Part shown: piece by piece, positions 47,008 through 61,580 of the stretch
Layout of the letters: each line of letters begins with the position of its first letter
Position numbering within the stretch: position 1 is the stretch's first letter
Source: Takakia lepidozioides
Lineage: Eukaryota > Plantae > Bryophyta
Reading direction: 5' to 3'
Assembly (NCBI GenBank): GCA_030704615.1
Contig: CM060731.1
Span: 81,096,001-81,160,000, forward strand
DNA length: 64,000 bases
Notes under the pieces: generated by a model
Seen by the model: only the letters and a program-made list of their open reading frames with translations
Told to the model about the DNA's origin: nothing
Database searches by the model: none
Translations under genes and position numbers: made by a program

Positions 47008-48443
47008 GGGAACTGGCGGACTGCTGGAAGCGGCGGACTGGTGTCGCAGAACGACGACGCAGGGGCGACGACGCCGATGGGATGAGGGCGGGGTGGGGAG
47101 GGATTGACCGAGCCCAGCCGGCTGCCTTTCGATGTCTGCCGGAGGCGAAGAACCGGCGGTACGGGTGTCAGGGCCGGGTGTCAGGGCTGGACCGTCCTGA
47201 CGCGCTTGCATTAAGTTCTTACATTATTCCTATTATCTTCCGGACAAAATGGAAAGAAAAACATGAGAGAAAATAGGAAACCAGTGAGAAAGGATTGGCT
47301 GGAGGCAGTTCGAGTACTCAGATTTGTCCCTTAATTATGTCGACATGCGGCTGGGGGCTCGATGTCAAAGAAGAAAAGCAGAAGAGAAGAGTCGAAGATG
47401 GCAATTGTGTGGGTGAAACGTACATTGTTCAGGTCATGTATAAGTATTCGCTTTGAACTTCGAATCTACCCATGAGCCTAAATCGCCGGTGTGATTAGTG
47501 GCCGCGCAGTGGCGGTTAATTGTGCACATGCACTAGGCTCAAATACCCGTCCATTTACCGCAGCCACAGTTCGAATTTGATCTGCCAAATTTTGTGAGAT
47601 TCGAAGGCTTTGCATCAGGCTCTCGGTCATGGATATGCTGTTGTGTGTTGGATTCGGGCAGATAATGTGGCAAGTTGAAGAGCCGAAATTAGTAATTGTG
47701 CAGCTTGGCCACAATTCGTCTGGACATCTATTAGGCAGAGAACTGTTAATTTTTATTGCGGGTCACGAGCGGGTCGAGATTCGAGAGGTCCTTCATACCC
47801 CCAACTCAAGGGCAATCCTCCATGCAAAGCAAATAAAGAACCAAGAGTGACTCCATGACGCTGGCAAATTACAGCTGGTATTGGTTTGAAAGCACACATA
47901 TGGAAAGAGACCACTGTTGAGAAAAAAGTTGGACAAAAATCCAAGGAGAGAGTGACCAAAACTTGAAATTACGCAGTGGCAGCATGGGCTTTATACTACT
48001 TGAGATGAGCAGCCTACTCACAGTATGATGCTCTCTGTACATGTTGGATAAGAGTCTAGTAATCTTCCGTATTGCCCATCATCTAATCTACCACTAGCCT
48101 AGGGAGTTGCTACCCTGAATATGTGTGCTGTGTCCATTTTCTGACTTGAACAAAGACTCATTGACAAACTGAGGTAATCTAAATGCTCAAGTATGGCTCT
48201 TTCAGTGATAGACCTCCAAGCATCTCAATGCTACCAACAAAGGACCAAGCTTGCCAGAAAGGTTCCAGACCGTTCACACATGTGGCGCTGGTTCACACCA
48301 ACACCTACTCTTCGGACAGACTTGACCTCCAGTGAGCTCGCAAAATGTTCACTGTAGACCTGTCTGTTTTGAACGCAGGGTGGTCAGAGAACCTCATTGT
48401 GTCGAAGTATTACACAAACCCGCTGACGGATAGAAGCAAAAAG

Positions 48444-50027
48444 TTATGAGATGATTGAAGAGTCCGGTGCGTACTTCAAATCCTCACAGAGAATATCATC
48501 AAGTAGTGGTTCATCAAGAGACATGTGAGGCAAGTCGAGAACCGGGCCCGGAGGGGGAAGGTTTGAAACGATCGCCCATGCACTCATCTCCGTCGCCAAC
48601 CCCGACCCCGTGCTCGGCATGTCAACCCACGAATTCGTCGGAGGTGCATGGCGCTGGCATTCACTCATATGGGTGCTGGTGGTATGACGCCAAAAAGACG
48701 TGGGAGACCCAGGATCTGTACCGCAGACACCACCCGATGTCAGAGCCGATGAAGTTGTTGAAGAAGTGACCGAAGGAGGCGAGGACGCAAGTTGCTTCAT
48801 CTGACTGGTCACAGTCGCCAAGTCTCTTGAATGACTCGAAGAGGTTACCACTGCCTGCAGCTCATCGAAGACATTAAACTGTATGTCGCTTGTCTCCTCC
48901 AGTGTCAGACAAGTTTCCGATTTGATGGGCCTACCCATGTTTGCCATCCTTTCCGAGCTCGAAAATTCGCCGTAATTTTCAAGTGTACTCGCAGAGGGAG
49001 GGCATGCACTGGCAAACAGCTCTGGATGCGTCACCGTTGTCGAGAAACCAGAATTGCTGGAAACCAAAAGGCTGAGACCGTTACGGTGCTGAATCCCACC
49101 GTTCAACCCACTGGTTGCACAGCCGTTGGCAAGAATTGATGGGTGCATAAAAACCCCCTGACTTTCCAAATGCAACTTAGACGACTCAGCAGCACCTCGG
49201 TGATCATCGTTACTGAACACAGGAAAGTGTCCCACCATTCTCTGAGCAGGGCTCGAGTTTGTCCGCTGAAGCTTAGACATTGCTGGGCCGGAGAATCCTC
49301 GCCGATTAGGAGAAATGGAGTCATGATGAGCTGAGCTGAAGTCACATGACATCGACCTCTGAAGGTAACTTGAAGGATTGTTTGATGCGGCTGCAAGATC
49401 GGAGCCAATATTGCAAGAAACGGGCTGAAGCAGCTGAGGCGGGTCGTCCTTTCCCAGGGGCAGCGCCTTAGCGGAGATGGATGGCAGCGGCAGTTCAGCA
49501 GAATCCTTGAGCTCTGGTTCGCCGAAAGCAATTGAGTGGGCCTGATGAGGGAGATTCAGGTGTGCCCCAGGCCCGTGGTATGTGAGGGCAGCCTCGTCAT
49601 AAGCTCGGGCGGCCTCCATAGCCGTGGAAAAAGTGCCAAGCCACATGCGAGTCCGCAAGCGGGGTTCGCGAATCTCTGCCACCCAGCGGCCCCATTGGCG
49701 CTGTCGCACCCCCTTGAATGCATGCAAACCATTCTCTGGTCCGCCCCTCCTTCGTCTGGTTCGTTCTTGGACGACTGGACCAGCTTGGAAATCTGCATCA
49801 GCTGATTCTCGGACCCTCTTCTTCTCTGGTGTTAGCGTGAAGGGTTCTCTGATATTTGCATCTTTGGAATCCTCTCCGCTATTTTTGACCTCAATGCTGT
49901 TAACAAGGACTTCCTTCGGACGTAGTTGTGCTACATCGGTGGCTGACCTACCTGTCTCTCGCTCTGATATGCGACAGCTGTCTTTCAATGTGTCTGTCCT
50001 CATCTCGTTTTCACTTTGTTTATGCAT
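48444..50027 (-). CDS. AP2/ERF transcription factor, DREB2 (A-2)-like, 527 aa
   Basis: GGPEN motif preceding [57 protein letters not shown]; V14/E19 DREB signature; acidic C-terminus. Confidence 0.92.
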   Translation of the reverse strand: MHKQSENEMRTDTLKDSCRISERETGRSATDVAQLRPKEVLVNSIEVKNSGEDSKDANIREPFTLTPEKKRVRESADADFQAGPVVQERTRRRRGGPENGLHAFKGVRQRQWGRWVAEIREPRLRTRMWLGTFSTAMEAARAYDEAALTYHGPGAHLNLPHQAHSIAFGEPELKDSAELPLPSISAKALPLGKDDPPQLLQPVSCNIGSDLAAASNNPSSYLQRSMSCDFSSAHHDSISPNRRGFSGPAMSKLQRTNSSPAQRMVGHFPVFSNDDHRGAAESSKLHLESQGVFMHPSILANGCATSGLNGGIQHRNGLSLLVSSNSGFSTTVTHPELFASACPPSASTLENYGEFSSSERMANMGRPIKSETCLTLEETSDIQFNVFDELQAVVTSSSHSRDLATVTSQMKQLASSPPSVTSSTTSSALTSGGVCGTDPGSPTSFWRHTTSTHMSECQRHAPPTNSWVDMPSTGSGLATEMSAWAIVSNLPPPGPVLDLPHMSLDEPLLDDILCEDLKYAPDSSIIS

Positions 50028-53000
50028 GTTTCTAGCAGGGCAAGCCTTCTCTCACATAACTAAGATGATCTATGCCTACCTTCCTTGTGTTTCGTGATGT
50101 ACGCGGTCAGTGCCCATTGCAATCTTGCAGTAAAACTAGTTTATCATTCAAACTGGCGGCCAAATCTGCAACATCTCAGACCTGCTGAAGTCCACTCACC
50201 TTAGGAATTTTCTTTCAAACTCTGCCTCATCCAATTCGATCGTTGTTGAGCTTGAGCTGTTCCAGTTGGCTAACCCATAATCCAGGACATGTGAATGTAG
50301 TTCAAGGCATTGCTAATCCACGACGTAGGGTCTCCATGATCTACAGTACTGCGGCCTCGGCGTCATTTCTCCAGGTGCTTAAATGTCTGCGTGCTGCACA
50401 TGTCAATCTTCGCCATTGCAATGAAGAATGTCTAGGATCTCCATCATTTTGTCATCCCTTTCACCACATGAGCACCTGAAGATGGGATCCACTACTGGAC
50501 ATCCCTACTTGCAAGAGCTCCAAAATACTAGGCACTCCCTCTCACCACCTTTTTCATCAAGTTCACAGCTCTCGTCCGCTGGAGTACTGCTGCGAATGGT
50601 CAGCTATGGAGGAGGATAACCTTGTTGGAATGCCAAAAGATTTCCAAAGGCTGTACCTTTCGTGGGCCCCACCATATCAGCTCGGATCTCCCACCGCAAG
50701 TTTCTTGGACTGAAGCTACCTTTTCTAGAAAACAGTTGTGTGCAACGTAGGGATACGAGAAGGATGGACCTACCTTCTTCAGGTGTGGAGTCCTCCAAGC
50801 CACTAACTTAATGGCTGATCTCCCTTGTAATTTCTTCCTTATCCTCGAGCTCGCTAAAGGATGGGCCGCATGCATTAACTGCAGGAAACCAATTTACGTC
50901 GAACCTGCAGAAGTTGCATGGCGTAGGACCCACAAAATCCATACCATCTTGAATTTGCACAACTCTCTCATTCTCCCCATCTCTGGAGTCTGCAGTCCCG
51001 CTCTCTCGAATCGCAAGTCTCACGGCCTTAACGCCTCAGAGACAATATAACATTGGTAGCTCAGATGGTAGCTAAGATTGGGTAGGTGTTGTAGGAGTCC
51101 TGTCTGTGGGGTCCACTGCCACAGATTCAACATATACACGCTCTGTCTCTCCGGGATCGCGAAGAGATGGAATCAAACTTTTAAATAGGAGACTTGGGTA
51201 GCTGAAGTACGTCTACTCTGTCTGGGACCCACGAGTTGATATTCCTTGTGTCATGTGCCAGTGTCTTTCACACAGGGATTTCTCTAGCTAGACTTGGCAA
51301 GCTAAACTTTACACCTACCTATCAGTGTGGACAACCTTGGAGGCCAGATGTTCTTACTTACAGTGGGCTCCACAGCCAAATTGTCTCTCAGCCCCTTGCA
51401 AGTACCAGCAGAGCTAGATTGCCAGAGAAAGCAGGCTCAAGATGTATACAAAAGGTAGCATTTAGTGATGATGGCATGGCAGGAGGGTGTCCAGTGGAAG
51501 ATGGTCCACTTGCGGCCCAAGAAATTTTCAATCCACCAGCGGTGTGGCCCCTAGTCCACAGTAAGAGCTGCGTACACGTGGGTGGATTGCCCCAGCCATG
51601 TGTCACCGCCACCCCTTTTGTCTCTTCCCAATTTGGAACTGATCTCTCTCCTGAATTCGGGCTACGCCTGCACATGGAAATGTATGGCCGCACAGAAAGC
51701 ATCCATCTAAATACTGCTCAACTCGCTCACACATTGCCACATGGACATGGAAAGATGCTGTTCCTCTCTCGTATGTACTTTCGGAGCTTGTCTCCTTGCT
51801 CTTGTACACATACCAAGACAATCTGTCTCTGAGGATCACCCTCCTCCACACAATCTCCTTTTATCCCAGACAAGAAGCAAAACTGCAGGTTGCAGCTCGC
51901 CCGGATTTTCAGTGCCTCAGAAAGAGCTGGATATGAATCATGATGGAGGCTTGTGCATCGGGCACAAGTTGGCAGGCGCAAATGATGATGATCGGGTACA
52001 AGTGTTGGGCCCCATGCGAAGCTCTTGGCAGCACCTTCCCGGCCACTGCCTATGCGGCCACAGCGCCCAGGATTGGCCGCGAACTACCTTGCAAATCTGG
52101 AGTGTCATGTGACTCACCTCTGCTCATGTGACGCAATTTCCCAGTAATTCTTCCTCTTCATTGCCTCGTTCATTGAATACCCATATAACCAAATCCCGCA
52201 TGTGCACCAGATCTACTCTCATGAACTGCCTAGTAATTGCGCCGGTGACTCTGTGCCTCAATCGAAACAAGCTCAACAGTTATTATCATGCGTGTCTCTG
52301 CACTGGACCCCCTCACCCTCCCCTCCGCTCCAGGTGGGTTTTCGTGTGGACATGTTGGCGGCGCAGTTGAGGAAGGAATCAATCCAAATTCCAATCCTTC
52401 CTGCACAGTCCACCTCCTTCCACGCCCGCTTGACTCAATGCAACTGTAATAAGTAGGCTATCGTGAAGGTCAAGTAAGGAATATCTTTGTACGCACGACG
52501 CTGGCATGCCCCTGTAGCTCTACAGTCTAACTTACATTTACTTACGTGCCTGCCACGATCCATCGTCTTCCTCCCCGTCTTTTGTCGAGCTTTCCTCTCC
52601 AACAGCCGCCAAAACCTAATTCTCCAAAATCAGCTGTTCGGATGATTTTGGGCTCAAATCCTTCTGCCTTGTTGGGTGAGTGGTCTTGTCCACTTGGGTC
52701 TTTTTATAAAGCTATGCGACATTTTATTATTTTTTAAATTTGGGCTTTGCTTGTCCTCATGAGGAATTTACATTATTCGACAGGAATCCCGCAAATTTGA
52801 CTTTGCCATTCTAAGGTGACCAACTAGTGGAGATTTATGTTGTCCTAGACCTATTAGAGGTTACATAAACATACCAGCTGAAAGATGTATCGGCTCTTAG
52901 TTACGCCGGTCTCTCTATAGGTGTAACATACCCTTTCTCATCACCGGGCAGGTGCCATGCCATGCCTGTGGCGGAGCTTCTATGCCAAGGACTGGGCAAA

Positions 53001-54291
53001 TAGCGAGTCAAGACTGGGCATGGTCCGGCTACATGAAAAGTGTGCTCTAGACACCATAATCGGATGCATTGAGCTGGGGAATATTGAAAAGTGTAAAATA
53101 TGAGTTATGTACTATGGAACGGTCGGGCCGGGCCTCTACCCCCATCGTGTTATGGTCAGAGGTGGTTTTTCTGCCGGAAACTGCTTGAAACATGGAGGAC
53201 CCGAGCATTCTGCCAAGTACTCGTGCATTTTGCGACCAACTCGAGCATTCTGCTATCTACTCGAATATTCTGCCATTTAACAGAGGGGCAAAAATGGTGA
53301 CCTTAAAGGAAAAAAAATCAACCGGTTTTTATGTATTGAAAAAAAATCATGACAAGATAGTTACTTGCCTATCTACAGAGCAGCCCCTGACCTTGCAAAC
53401 TTCGTCAGAGTTAGGCTGCCAAGCCGAAAGGGGAAAATTATTCTACTACCAAAAATAAGGGTCCCAAATTCTGGCAGGGGCTATTCCTGAAGGTCATAAA
53501 ACAGGAGAGGATCGGAGCAGCCAATGAGGAGGGAGGGCATCTCTAGTGGAATGGGTGAAATGTGAGGTCACTGTGTTACACAGGCTAACTTAGCCCAGAA
53601 ATAGAAGGGTGGCCCTCCTTCTAGTTCTAGAGCTTTCCAGTGAGGTGGTGGCCCCTTCTAAGAGGCCCCACACAGCCTTCAGACAGTATATAAAGAGTGT
53701 AAAGGCTATATTTTACAAGGTTTCTTCGTTTTTTTTTGCCTCCACCTCACTTTGGTGGGCAAGCAGGGCCCTTGGGCCCGGCCGCACCTGGCTGCTAAGC
53801 GGCTTGCTAAGCTAGGTACCAGCCGTTAACGGCGTGGTGACGGCCGCACTTGCCCGTTACAACCCCCGCTAGTTAGCGGGCTCCTAGCTGCTGTTAAAGC
53901 TGACGTAGGGGTTCCTCCGAAATTTAGCACGTCCTCCCCCAAGGTGGTAAATCGCGGTCACCGACTAAAAATCGGGCAGTCGATCTTGCGCGCAACAGAG
54001 GTATGCAGCGACTCCCCTTCCCTGCGATCTCTTCCCTGCGATCTCTCCCTTTCTCCCTCCCTGCCCCTCTTCCCTCTCTCTCTGCCTCCCTCTCTGCCTC
54101 CCTCTCTTTCATCATCTCTCTCAATCCATCTCCTTCTATTCTTGTTCTTTCTTGTTTTTTGTTTTTGTTTTGGTTGTTTGTGTATTCATGGGGTGGGTGA
54201 CTGCACAGCAAGGAGCGCGGGGCGGGCGCGAGCAAGTCACCGGCGACCGCAGCTCAGTCAATGCAACCGTTCGCAATTCAGTGAGTGCCAT

Positions 54292-55804
54292 TTACATAGT
54301 GCTTTGTGCTTTCCACATGGAGTGCTTTGTGGCTGGTGCAATGGGTTTAGGGGGTACAGGCACAATTCCCTTGATAGAATTGAAGAGAGTGTCTCTTTGG
54401 TGAGAGAACCCTGGACAGTGTATCAGAAAATGAATACTGTCTTCAGATTGCCCACACAACGGACAATTGCATTCTCCCTTTCCTCTCTGCTTCTGTTTGC
54501 TGTTCAAAGATAGGCTTCCTGCCCTGAGTTTAAATTTCAGTCTAGTGCCGAGAGTGGGTAGACCCTTGAGGTCATCCAAGATGCCCACCCCCATGTCACT
54601 GACTGGAAACAAGTTCAGGGAAGTTCTCTGCCTAACTTCATTTTCATCAGACAATCTCATGGCAACAGACATGGCTTCGGACACTACAGCCTCTAAGTCA
54701 GATTTATCCAGCAGGGTCAAGGCTTGCGGATCCAGGTCCAGGTCCTTGAGAATCTCTTCTACTCTCTTCTGCCAGGACTTAGCCTGTTTGACAGGGCGGT
54801 CCTGTTTCCAAGATATGGAGTCGATTAACTTAGGATATCTGGTGTTGGGCATATGCTGCAGCTGACCCCACCATCTGACCTTGAATTCATCTGGTCGGGA
54901 GCTTAAGAGGTGCAAGCATTATGAGCTCCCTCATCAATGTAGAGGGCTAGTTACCACAGATGTGATACGCAGTGATGTGGTCCTTTTCTGCAGTGCAGGG
55001 CCACAAATTGCCAGAAGATTTGAGCTGGGAAAAGACACATGTATTCATTGATCATCCCCTACAAGTTTTGGCATAGTCCCCACAGGGTGTCAACCCCATT
55101 GGAGCCAGTTTGTAGCTACCAGGATCTGGAATTGCAGCCCGCCAAAGATATGGTGCTCGCACATCCAACAATGATCGGGATCCAGGGATTTAGAACTAAG
55201 GTGAAAGGCCAATAGACATTATGTTGATTCCAGACATTGCTCTGGGCCCAATCCAACACAGATGCCACACGTGTGGCTGTGATTGCACTGCCTGACACAC
55301 ACTGCTTGAGAAAGGGCAGGGAAGAGCAGAGAGAGATAGCTCAACTGTAGACTTGATGGGAGGATACAACCCAACATCCAGACCCAGGAGGGCCACAGCT
55401 TTCAGCATTGTCTCCAGCTTATATTAGTGAAGAAGTGTGTCGATGTTTGATTCTTTCAAAGACCTCTCTTTGAGCAGAGAACCAATTCCAATACCTCAGA
55501 GCATATTTACCTCCCAAAGACCAGACCTGAGGCTCTTTTTCCAGATATCCTCTAGAAAACCCTTCACACAAGCATCAATCTGCTGTGTGTGATTTGCCCA
55601 AAAACTAGGCCTCAGGAGGGCCTGGGCCTTTGGCTCAGCCTCGAGATTTTCAAAGTTGGTAAACAGGGGTACAGGCACAATTCCCTTGATAGAATTGAAG
55701 AGAGCGTCTCTTTGGTGAGAGAACCCCGGACAGTGTATCAGAAAATGAATATTGTCTTCAGATTGCCCACACAGCGGACAATTGCACTCTCCATTTCCTC
55801 TCTG
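54292..55804 (-). pseudogene. Non-LTR retrotransposon (LINE) ORF2 C-terminal remnants, two copies of the Zn-finger region
   Basis: FKLRAGSLSLN..CPLCGQSEDSIHFLIHCP at ~54350-54560, duplicated at ~55665-55804. Confidence 0.75.
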
Positions 55805-56512
55805 TGTCGCGCACCTCACTTCGGTAAGCTCCCCTTCAAGTCATAGTTACTCGCTTTGATGCGCGCGCCTAACTCCCAACCTGGCCGCCCGGGCCAACTT
55901 GGAGCTTCGGCTGCTCACCGGGACATAACAGTCCCCCCCTTCGCTTCCCTCTAAACCCTCCACCTAATTGAGAGATGGCAGTCCGGAACAGCTCCCCACT
56001 CTTTGGTCGCTTTCCGGCTCGCTCGCTTACTCACTAGTTTTTGGTCACCAACGGGCTTGCACCGTTCTCGGGGTTACTACTCCCTATATATACTTCTGTA
56101 GCTGTCCGCGGGGGTTCCACAACCAGCCATGCCATTTTATGGCGAACCACCACGAAAACCCTCGACTCCCGGTGATGAGTCGCGGTGAGTCTTGGCCCGC
56201 TCACCACGGCCCCTATGGACCGTGATGAGTCCCAAAACTCCCCACGACTCCCACCACGAGGTCTCCGCCCCCATGGTGAGTCCTATGCCACCCCCACTAA
56301 GTCCCGCTAAGCTACCACCACCCCTTGTGGAGCTACCCCCACCGCAACCCGGTGTGCGGGGCTTCCACCTAGTGAGCGCCTCCGCTTCCCTGAGTGCCTT
56401 GGGCACTCAAGGGTGCTTCAGCCCCCCATACCTATCGCTGCCGCTGCCCCCACCACAGGGGCAGCCCCTCATGTGTCCCGACCCCCTGCCCTCAAGGCAA
56501 AGGGCCGCGACA
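55805..56512 (-). repeat. 3' LTR (TGTCGCG...CGCGACA)
   Basis: Inverted, slightly diverged homologue of 59626-60350; 7-bp terminal inverted repeat. Confidence 0.85.
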
Positions 56513-57225
56513 TGGTGGAGCCTCTCCAGCTCCTCCCAATGCACTCTTCTTGGCCTACTTCAAGGCCAAGGAACGATCCTCCCCGAGGATCGAATCGCCT
56601 TACTGCAACAACATTGCTTGCGATCGCTCATGATGCCGCTTTTGGCATCACCTTGAGCAAGGGTTCACCTGGAACCCTCTTTGACTAGGAAGATAACCTT
56701 GAACCAACCATGCGCCCCAATCACTACAATTGGGTCCGCCTTGGGATGCTGGCCTGAGGTACGGGAACACGCCGAAGCCGCACTACGACTTCGTCCCGAG
56801 GCTACACGATTATAGTACGTGAACGGAAGCACGTAGCTTCCGCGTTAGCCCGCACTACAAGGCAACCCCCTCGGTAGCGCACTTATAGTACGCGCACGCG
56901 CCAGGTGCGCACTAGCACGTGAACTCCCAAAGAAGTCGCAAGTTTCCTTGCCCCTTGGATGGGGGTCACCCGATTTCGGCACTACGCAAACACACGATTA
57001 ACCCAATTTACCTCTCCCACTTTTATAAGCTAGCATGCATTCTACACACTAGCCAACCATACCATGCATCACCATTCCAAACAAAATAGGACGCACAACA
57101 TTTGGAACCCATTTCCTTTATAACAAATTTTTGTACAATACAAGTTTTTGTAATCAGATTCCTAAGCTAGCTAAGCCGGGCTAAGCATGCATTTCCTCCC
57201 CCACGCTCCAAGGTTGATGTCCCCA

Positions 57226-59625
57226 TCAACGTTTCTTCCGCTTTTGAGGTCGCCCTTCGAAAGCTGCAACCGCCTCGGATGCGTTTCCCATTTCTGAGGC
57301 ACGCACCCAAGATGCCTCCACATGATGATAGCCCTTCCATTTGACGAGATACTCTGTTTCTCGGTTCTTGAACCTCCTCGACTTAAGTATTGCCTCCACC
57401 TCGTACTCAGGTTCATTTTCATGATCCAACAGCATAGGTGGCGGCGGACGCAACACTTGATGTCGATTCGGACGCGCTTCATCTTTGAAGTAAGGCTTCA
57501 AAAGGGAGACATGGAATACTGGGTGCACCTTGCTGTTTGCCGGCAGCTCCAATTCATACACATCCTCATTCATAACCTTCCGAATGCGAAAGGGTCCCGC
57601 ATACGGAGGTACGAACTTCGGACTCACTTCCGGAGGTAGTCGGAAATTCTTGACGTTCAACCAGACCTCTGTGCCTGCCTCAAACTTCACTTCCCTCCGC
57701 TTTCGATTCGCCTGCCTTTCATACCGTTTCCTAGCTTTGGCAATGTTGTACTTTGCGAGCTTCAACAAACGCTCGTGTTCTTCCAGTACCGCCGCTACTA
57801 CCGGTTCCTCAAAGTCCTGGGCGGCCCAACTTGTCGGCACCAGAGGTGCTTTTCCATAGACCAATACGAAAGGGGAAACTCCTGTTGTGGAGTGTTCTGT
57901 GTTATTATAACAGAACTCTGCCGCGTCTAAGTGTTCCATCCAGTCTGATTGGTCTGCCGACACGTAATTCCGCAAGAATTGCTTCACTACGGAATTCACT
58001 CTTTCCGTTTGGCCGTCCGTCGTAGGTCGGAAGGCGGTGCTCATCTTCAGCCTCGTCCCCATCTTCTTCCAAAGTGTCCTCCAAAATTTACTCGTAAACT
58101 TTGGATCACGATCCGAGACAATATCCTTCGGGACTCCATGATGCTTTAAGACGTGAGCGAAGTAAAGTCACCCTGTCTCCTGCGCCGTTGCCGTCTCCTT
58201 GGTGGGGATGAAATGGCCCATTTTACTGAACCTATCCACCACCACCATGATTGCATCGAATCCTTTTGACAGCGGCATAGCAGTCATGAAATCCATCGAG
58301 ACGCTTTCCCAAGTCCCCTCTGGAATCGGCAAGGGTTGTAACAGCCCCGCTTGCTTTTTGTACTCGCTCCGGTTTTGTTGGCATGTGGTGCATGTCTTGA
58401 CATACTCCTCTGCCTCCTCCCTCAGTTTGGGCCAGAAATACTCTTTCTTCAAGAGTGCCGCAGTGCGCTTGGCTCCGCCGTGGCCCGCAAGCGGGCTATC
58501 ATGGCATTCTCTCAAGAGGCTATCCCTGATCCCTCCCTTCGGCACGTAGAGACGTTTTTGCTTATACCGGAGCAGTCCATTTTGCAAGTGGAACTGCGAT
58601 TTAACCCCCGTCCTCAAGTCCTGCATCACGGACTTTGCCAGCTCATCCTTCCGGCAAGCCTTCCGGATCTTCCTTTGGAGCGCCGTCTCGCCCTTGTACA
58701 CCAACAAGAGCTGTTGCTTTCTACTTAAAGCATCGGCCACCACATTGTCCCGTCCCGGTTTGTACTGGATATCCGCGTCGAACACTGCCAAAGTATCTTG
58801 CCACCTAAGTTGTTTTGGGGACAACTTGGGCTGCGTGGCAAAATACTTCACCGTGACATTGTCCGTGAACACCTTCACTGGGTTGGAACCAACATAGTGG
58901 CGCCAGAGCTCAAGGCAATGCACCACCGCCTTCATCTCTTTTTCGTGCTTCGGCCACCGTCGCTCCACTTCATTCAGTTTCTTACTTTCGTAAGCCACCG
59001 GACGTCCATCTTGCATAAGTACACCCCCAATCGCGAAGTCCGATGCATCTGTATGAATCTCAAACGGACGATCGAACTCCGGGATTTTCAAGACTGGAGC
59101 TTCCGTCATCCGCTGCTTCAATTCAGCAAAAGCTTGGCCACAAAATGTGTTCCATACCCAGACTTTGGATTTACACAGAAGGTCCGACAGCGGCCCCGCG
59201 ATCTTGGCGAAATTTCTCACATACTTTCGGTAATAGGAGGCGAGTCCTAGGAAGGATCGCACTCCCGGGACCGAAGTTGGAGGCTCCCAGTCCAAGATCG
59301 CCCTCACCTTTCTGTCATCCATTTTGATCCCATCCTGTGTAATCACGTGCCCCAGGAACTCCACTTTTGTGACCCCGAATTCGCACTTTGAAGCTTTGGC
59401 ATACAGCTTCCCTTCCCGCAATTTTTGGAATACCCTTTTGAGGTGCTCCAGGTGCTCCTCCTTTGTTTTCGAGTACACCAAGATGTCGTCGATGTACACG
59501 ATCACAAAGTCATCCAACCACTCCTGGAAAAGGCTGTTCATCAGCGTGCTAAATGTCGCTGGTGCATTGGTGAGCCCAAAAGGCATCACCAAAAACTCAT
59601 ATGAACCATACCTTGTCCTGCACGC
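57226..59625 (-). pseudogene. pol: RT-RNaseH-integrase-chromodomain with one in-frame TGA at 58168-58170
   Basis: [47 protein letters not shown], and YEVEAIL..YLVKWKGY..SW. Confidence 0.9.
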
Positions 59626-60352
59626 TGTCGCGGCCCTTTGCCTTGAGGGCAGGGAGGTCGGGACACAAGAGGGGCTGCCTCTGTGGTGGGGGCAGTAGCA
59701 GCGATAGGTACGGGGGCTGAAGCACCCTTGAGTGCCCAAGGCACTCAAGGAGGCGGAGGCGCTCACTAGGTGGAGCCCCGCACACCGGGTTGCGGTGGGG
59801 TGGCTCCACAAGGGGTGGTGGTAGCTTAGTGGGACTTAGTGGGGGTGGCATAGGACTCACCATGGGGGTGGAGACCTCGTGATGGGAGTCGTGGGGAGTC
59901 TTGGGACTCATCACGGTCCATAGGGGCCGTGGTGAGCGGGCCAAGACTCACCGCGACTCACCACCGGGAATCGAGGGTCTTCGTGGTGGTTCGCCATAAA
60001 ATGGCATGGCTGGTTGTGAAACCCCTGCGGACAGCTACAGAAGTATATATAGGGAGTAGTAACCCCGAGAACGGTGCAAGCCCGTTGGTGACCAAAAACT
60101 AGTGAGTAAGCGAGCGAGCCGGAAAGCGACCAAAGAGTGGGGAGCTGTTCCGGACTGCCATCTACCAAAGGGAATTCTCCTAGTCCCAAATAGGTGGAGG
60201 GTCGAGAGGGTAGTGAAGGGGGACCGTTATGTCCCGGTGAGCAGCCGAAGCTCCAAGTCGGCCCGGGCGGCCGGGTTGGGAGTCAGGCGCGCGCATCAAA
60301 GCGAGTAACTATGACTTGAAGGGGAGCTTACCGAAGTGAGGTGCGCAACATT

Positions 60353-60364
60353 TGGTATCAGAGC
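60353..60364 (+). promoter_or_regulatory. tRNA-iMet primer-binding site
   Basis: TGGTATCAGAGC, 2 nt after the LTR CA. Confidence 0.92.
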
Positions 60365-60405
60365 TTAGAGTTCAGTACGCGATCGTCCTTGGGATTGGCC
60401 TCATC

Positions 60406-61580
60406 ATGGGGTCGGGCAAGCCGAAGCGAAAGCGGAACGGCCCAAAAGATGATGATCCCGGTGAGCCCGATGGGGGCGGCGTGTCACCGAGGCGGCCGTT
60501 TGAGGAAGCGATGCATGTTTCCAAAAACGAGGCCGCCCAAGAGCAGGAGGAATCCGAGGAGTCGGAGCCCAAGGAATCCTTGAGAGCTCCGACAAACCAA
60601 GAGATGCCTCCCATGCCGGCAGCCTTTTGGGAAGGGTTATTGGCGCAGTTTGGCGGGACGTTGAAAGACGTGTTGAAGGCGGCTAATGCCACTTCCACTA
60701 AGGCAAAGTTTAAGGTGAAGCCTAAGGAACCCGGCACCTTCGAGGGCGTCCGAAATCGGAAGGCACTCAACACCTGGCTCTTGGAGCTGGAGCAGTACTT
60801 CCGGGCGGCCAAGTTGAGTGACGAGGATCGCGTGGAAGTGGCTCCCACCTATTTGAGGGGCTATGCTCAACAATGGTGGCAGAAACGCCTTCACGACCAA
60901 GGTCCAAGTCCGGAAACCTTGAACTGGAGTGGGTTCAAGGAATTGTTGAAGAGACAATTTGTGCCCCTCAACGCGTCCTGGCTTGCCCGGGACAAGATGA
61001 GGAATTTGAAGCAAACAGATGACATTCGGGGGTACGTCCAGGCTTTCAATGTGTTGTTGCTCGAAGTCGCGGACATGGCAGAACCAGAAATGGTCTTCAA
61101 CTTTGTGGCGGGACTGGCCCCATGGGCCAGGCGGAAGTTGGAAGAGAAGCCACCCAAGACTTTGAACGAGGCAATTGAGAGGGCTGAATGTTTCTCGGAT
61201 ATCCCTAGGGGTGAAAGACAAGGCCGTACGGAGCTGAACCACAAGAAGATTCGGCGGGAAGGTGACTCCTTCCGACCGGAAAAGAAGTGGGATAGGCCAC
61301 GCGGCGATAATGGCACGTGGAAATCGAAGGGAGGGCCTTCACACGTCAAGGCGGCACCCGGTGCTCCGAAAGGAAAAGCGGGTGGAGCGGCTTATGGCGG
61401 ACAGAAGGTGACCTTTGATGGAGTGTGTTTCAATTGCGGGGAGCCCGGGCACATGGCCAAGAAGTGCACGAAGCCCCGGCAATTGAACATGACTCGGGCG
61501 ACCACAGAGCTGTCGGAAGATACCATCAGTCGCTTGGTGGAAGCGGTGGTCGCCAGGACTTGCAAGGTAGGCAAATTTTC
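60406..61580 (+). CDS. Gag (truncated by MULE insertion)
   Basis: PGTFEG..WLLELEQYF..YLRGYAQQWW..LKQT..Y capsid motifs; CFNCGEPGHMAKKC knuckle. Confidence 0.88.

Larger units (their letters stand above)
55805..59625 (-). mobile_element. Chromovirus (Galadriel-like), 3' part, interrupted in RT
   Basis: 3' LTR 55805-56512 plus pol with chromodomain. Confidence 0.88.
59626..61580 (+). mobile_element. Second chromovirus of the same family, inserted antisense into the first: 5' LTR 59626-60350, PBS, gag
   Basis: LTR TGTCGCG...GCAACA begins exactly where the RT frame (ACRTRYG) breaks. Confidence 0.85.

Noticed and set aside
50243-53815. Short ORFs upstream of the DREB gene (e.g. 51236-51832)
   Set aside because: No recognisable domains, mostly non-ATG starts; likely UTR, intron or promoter sequence.
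56513-57202. Longer chromovirus LTR starting after the purine run near 57192
   Set aside because: The sister LTR and the TGTCGCG/CGCGACA terminal repeat set the boundary at 56512; treated as 3' UTR.
55805-60350. Novel element with inverted LTRs
   Set aside because: The LTRs differ in length and sequence, and the second starts exactly inside RT. Nested antisense insertion is simpler.
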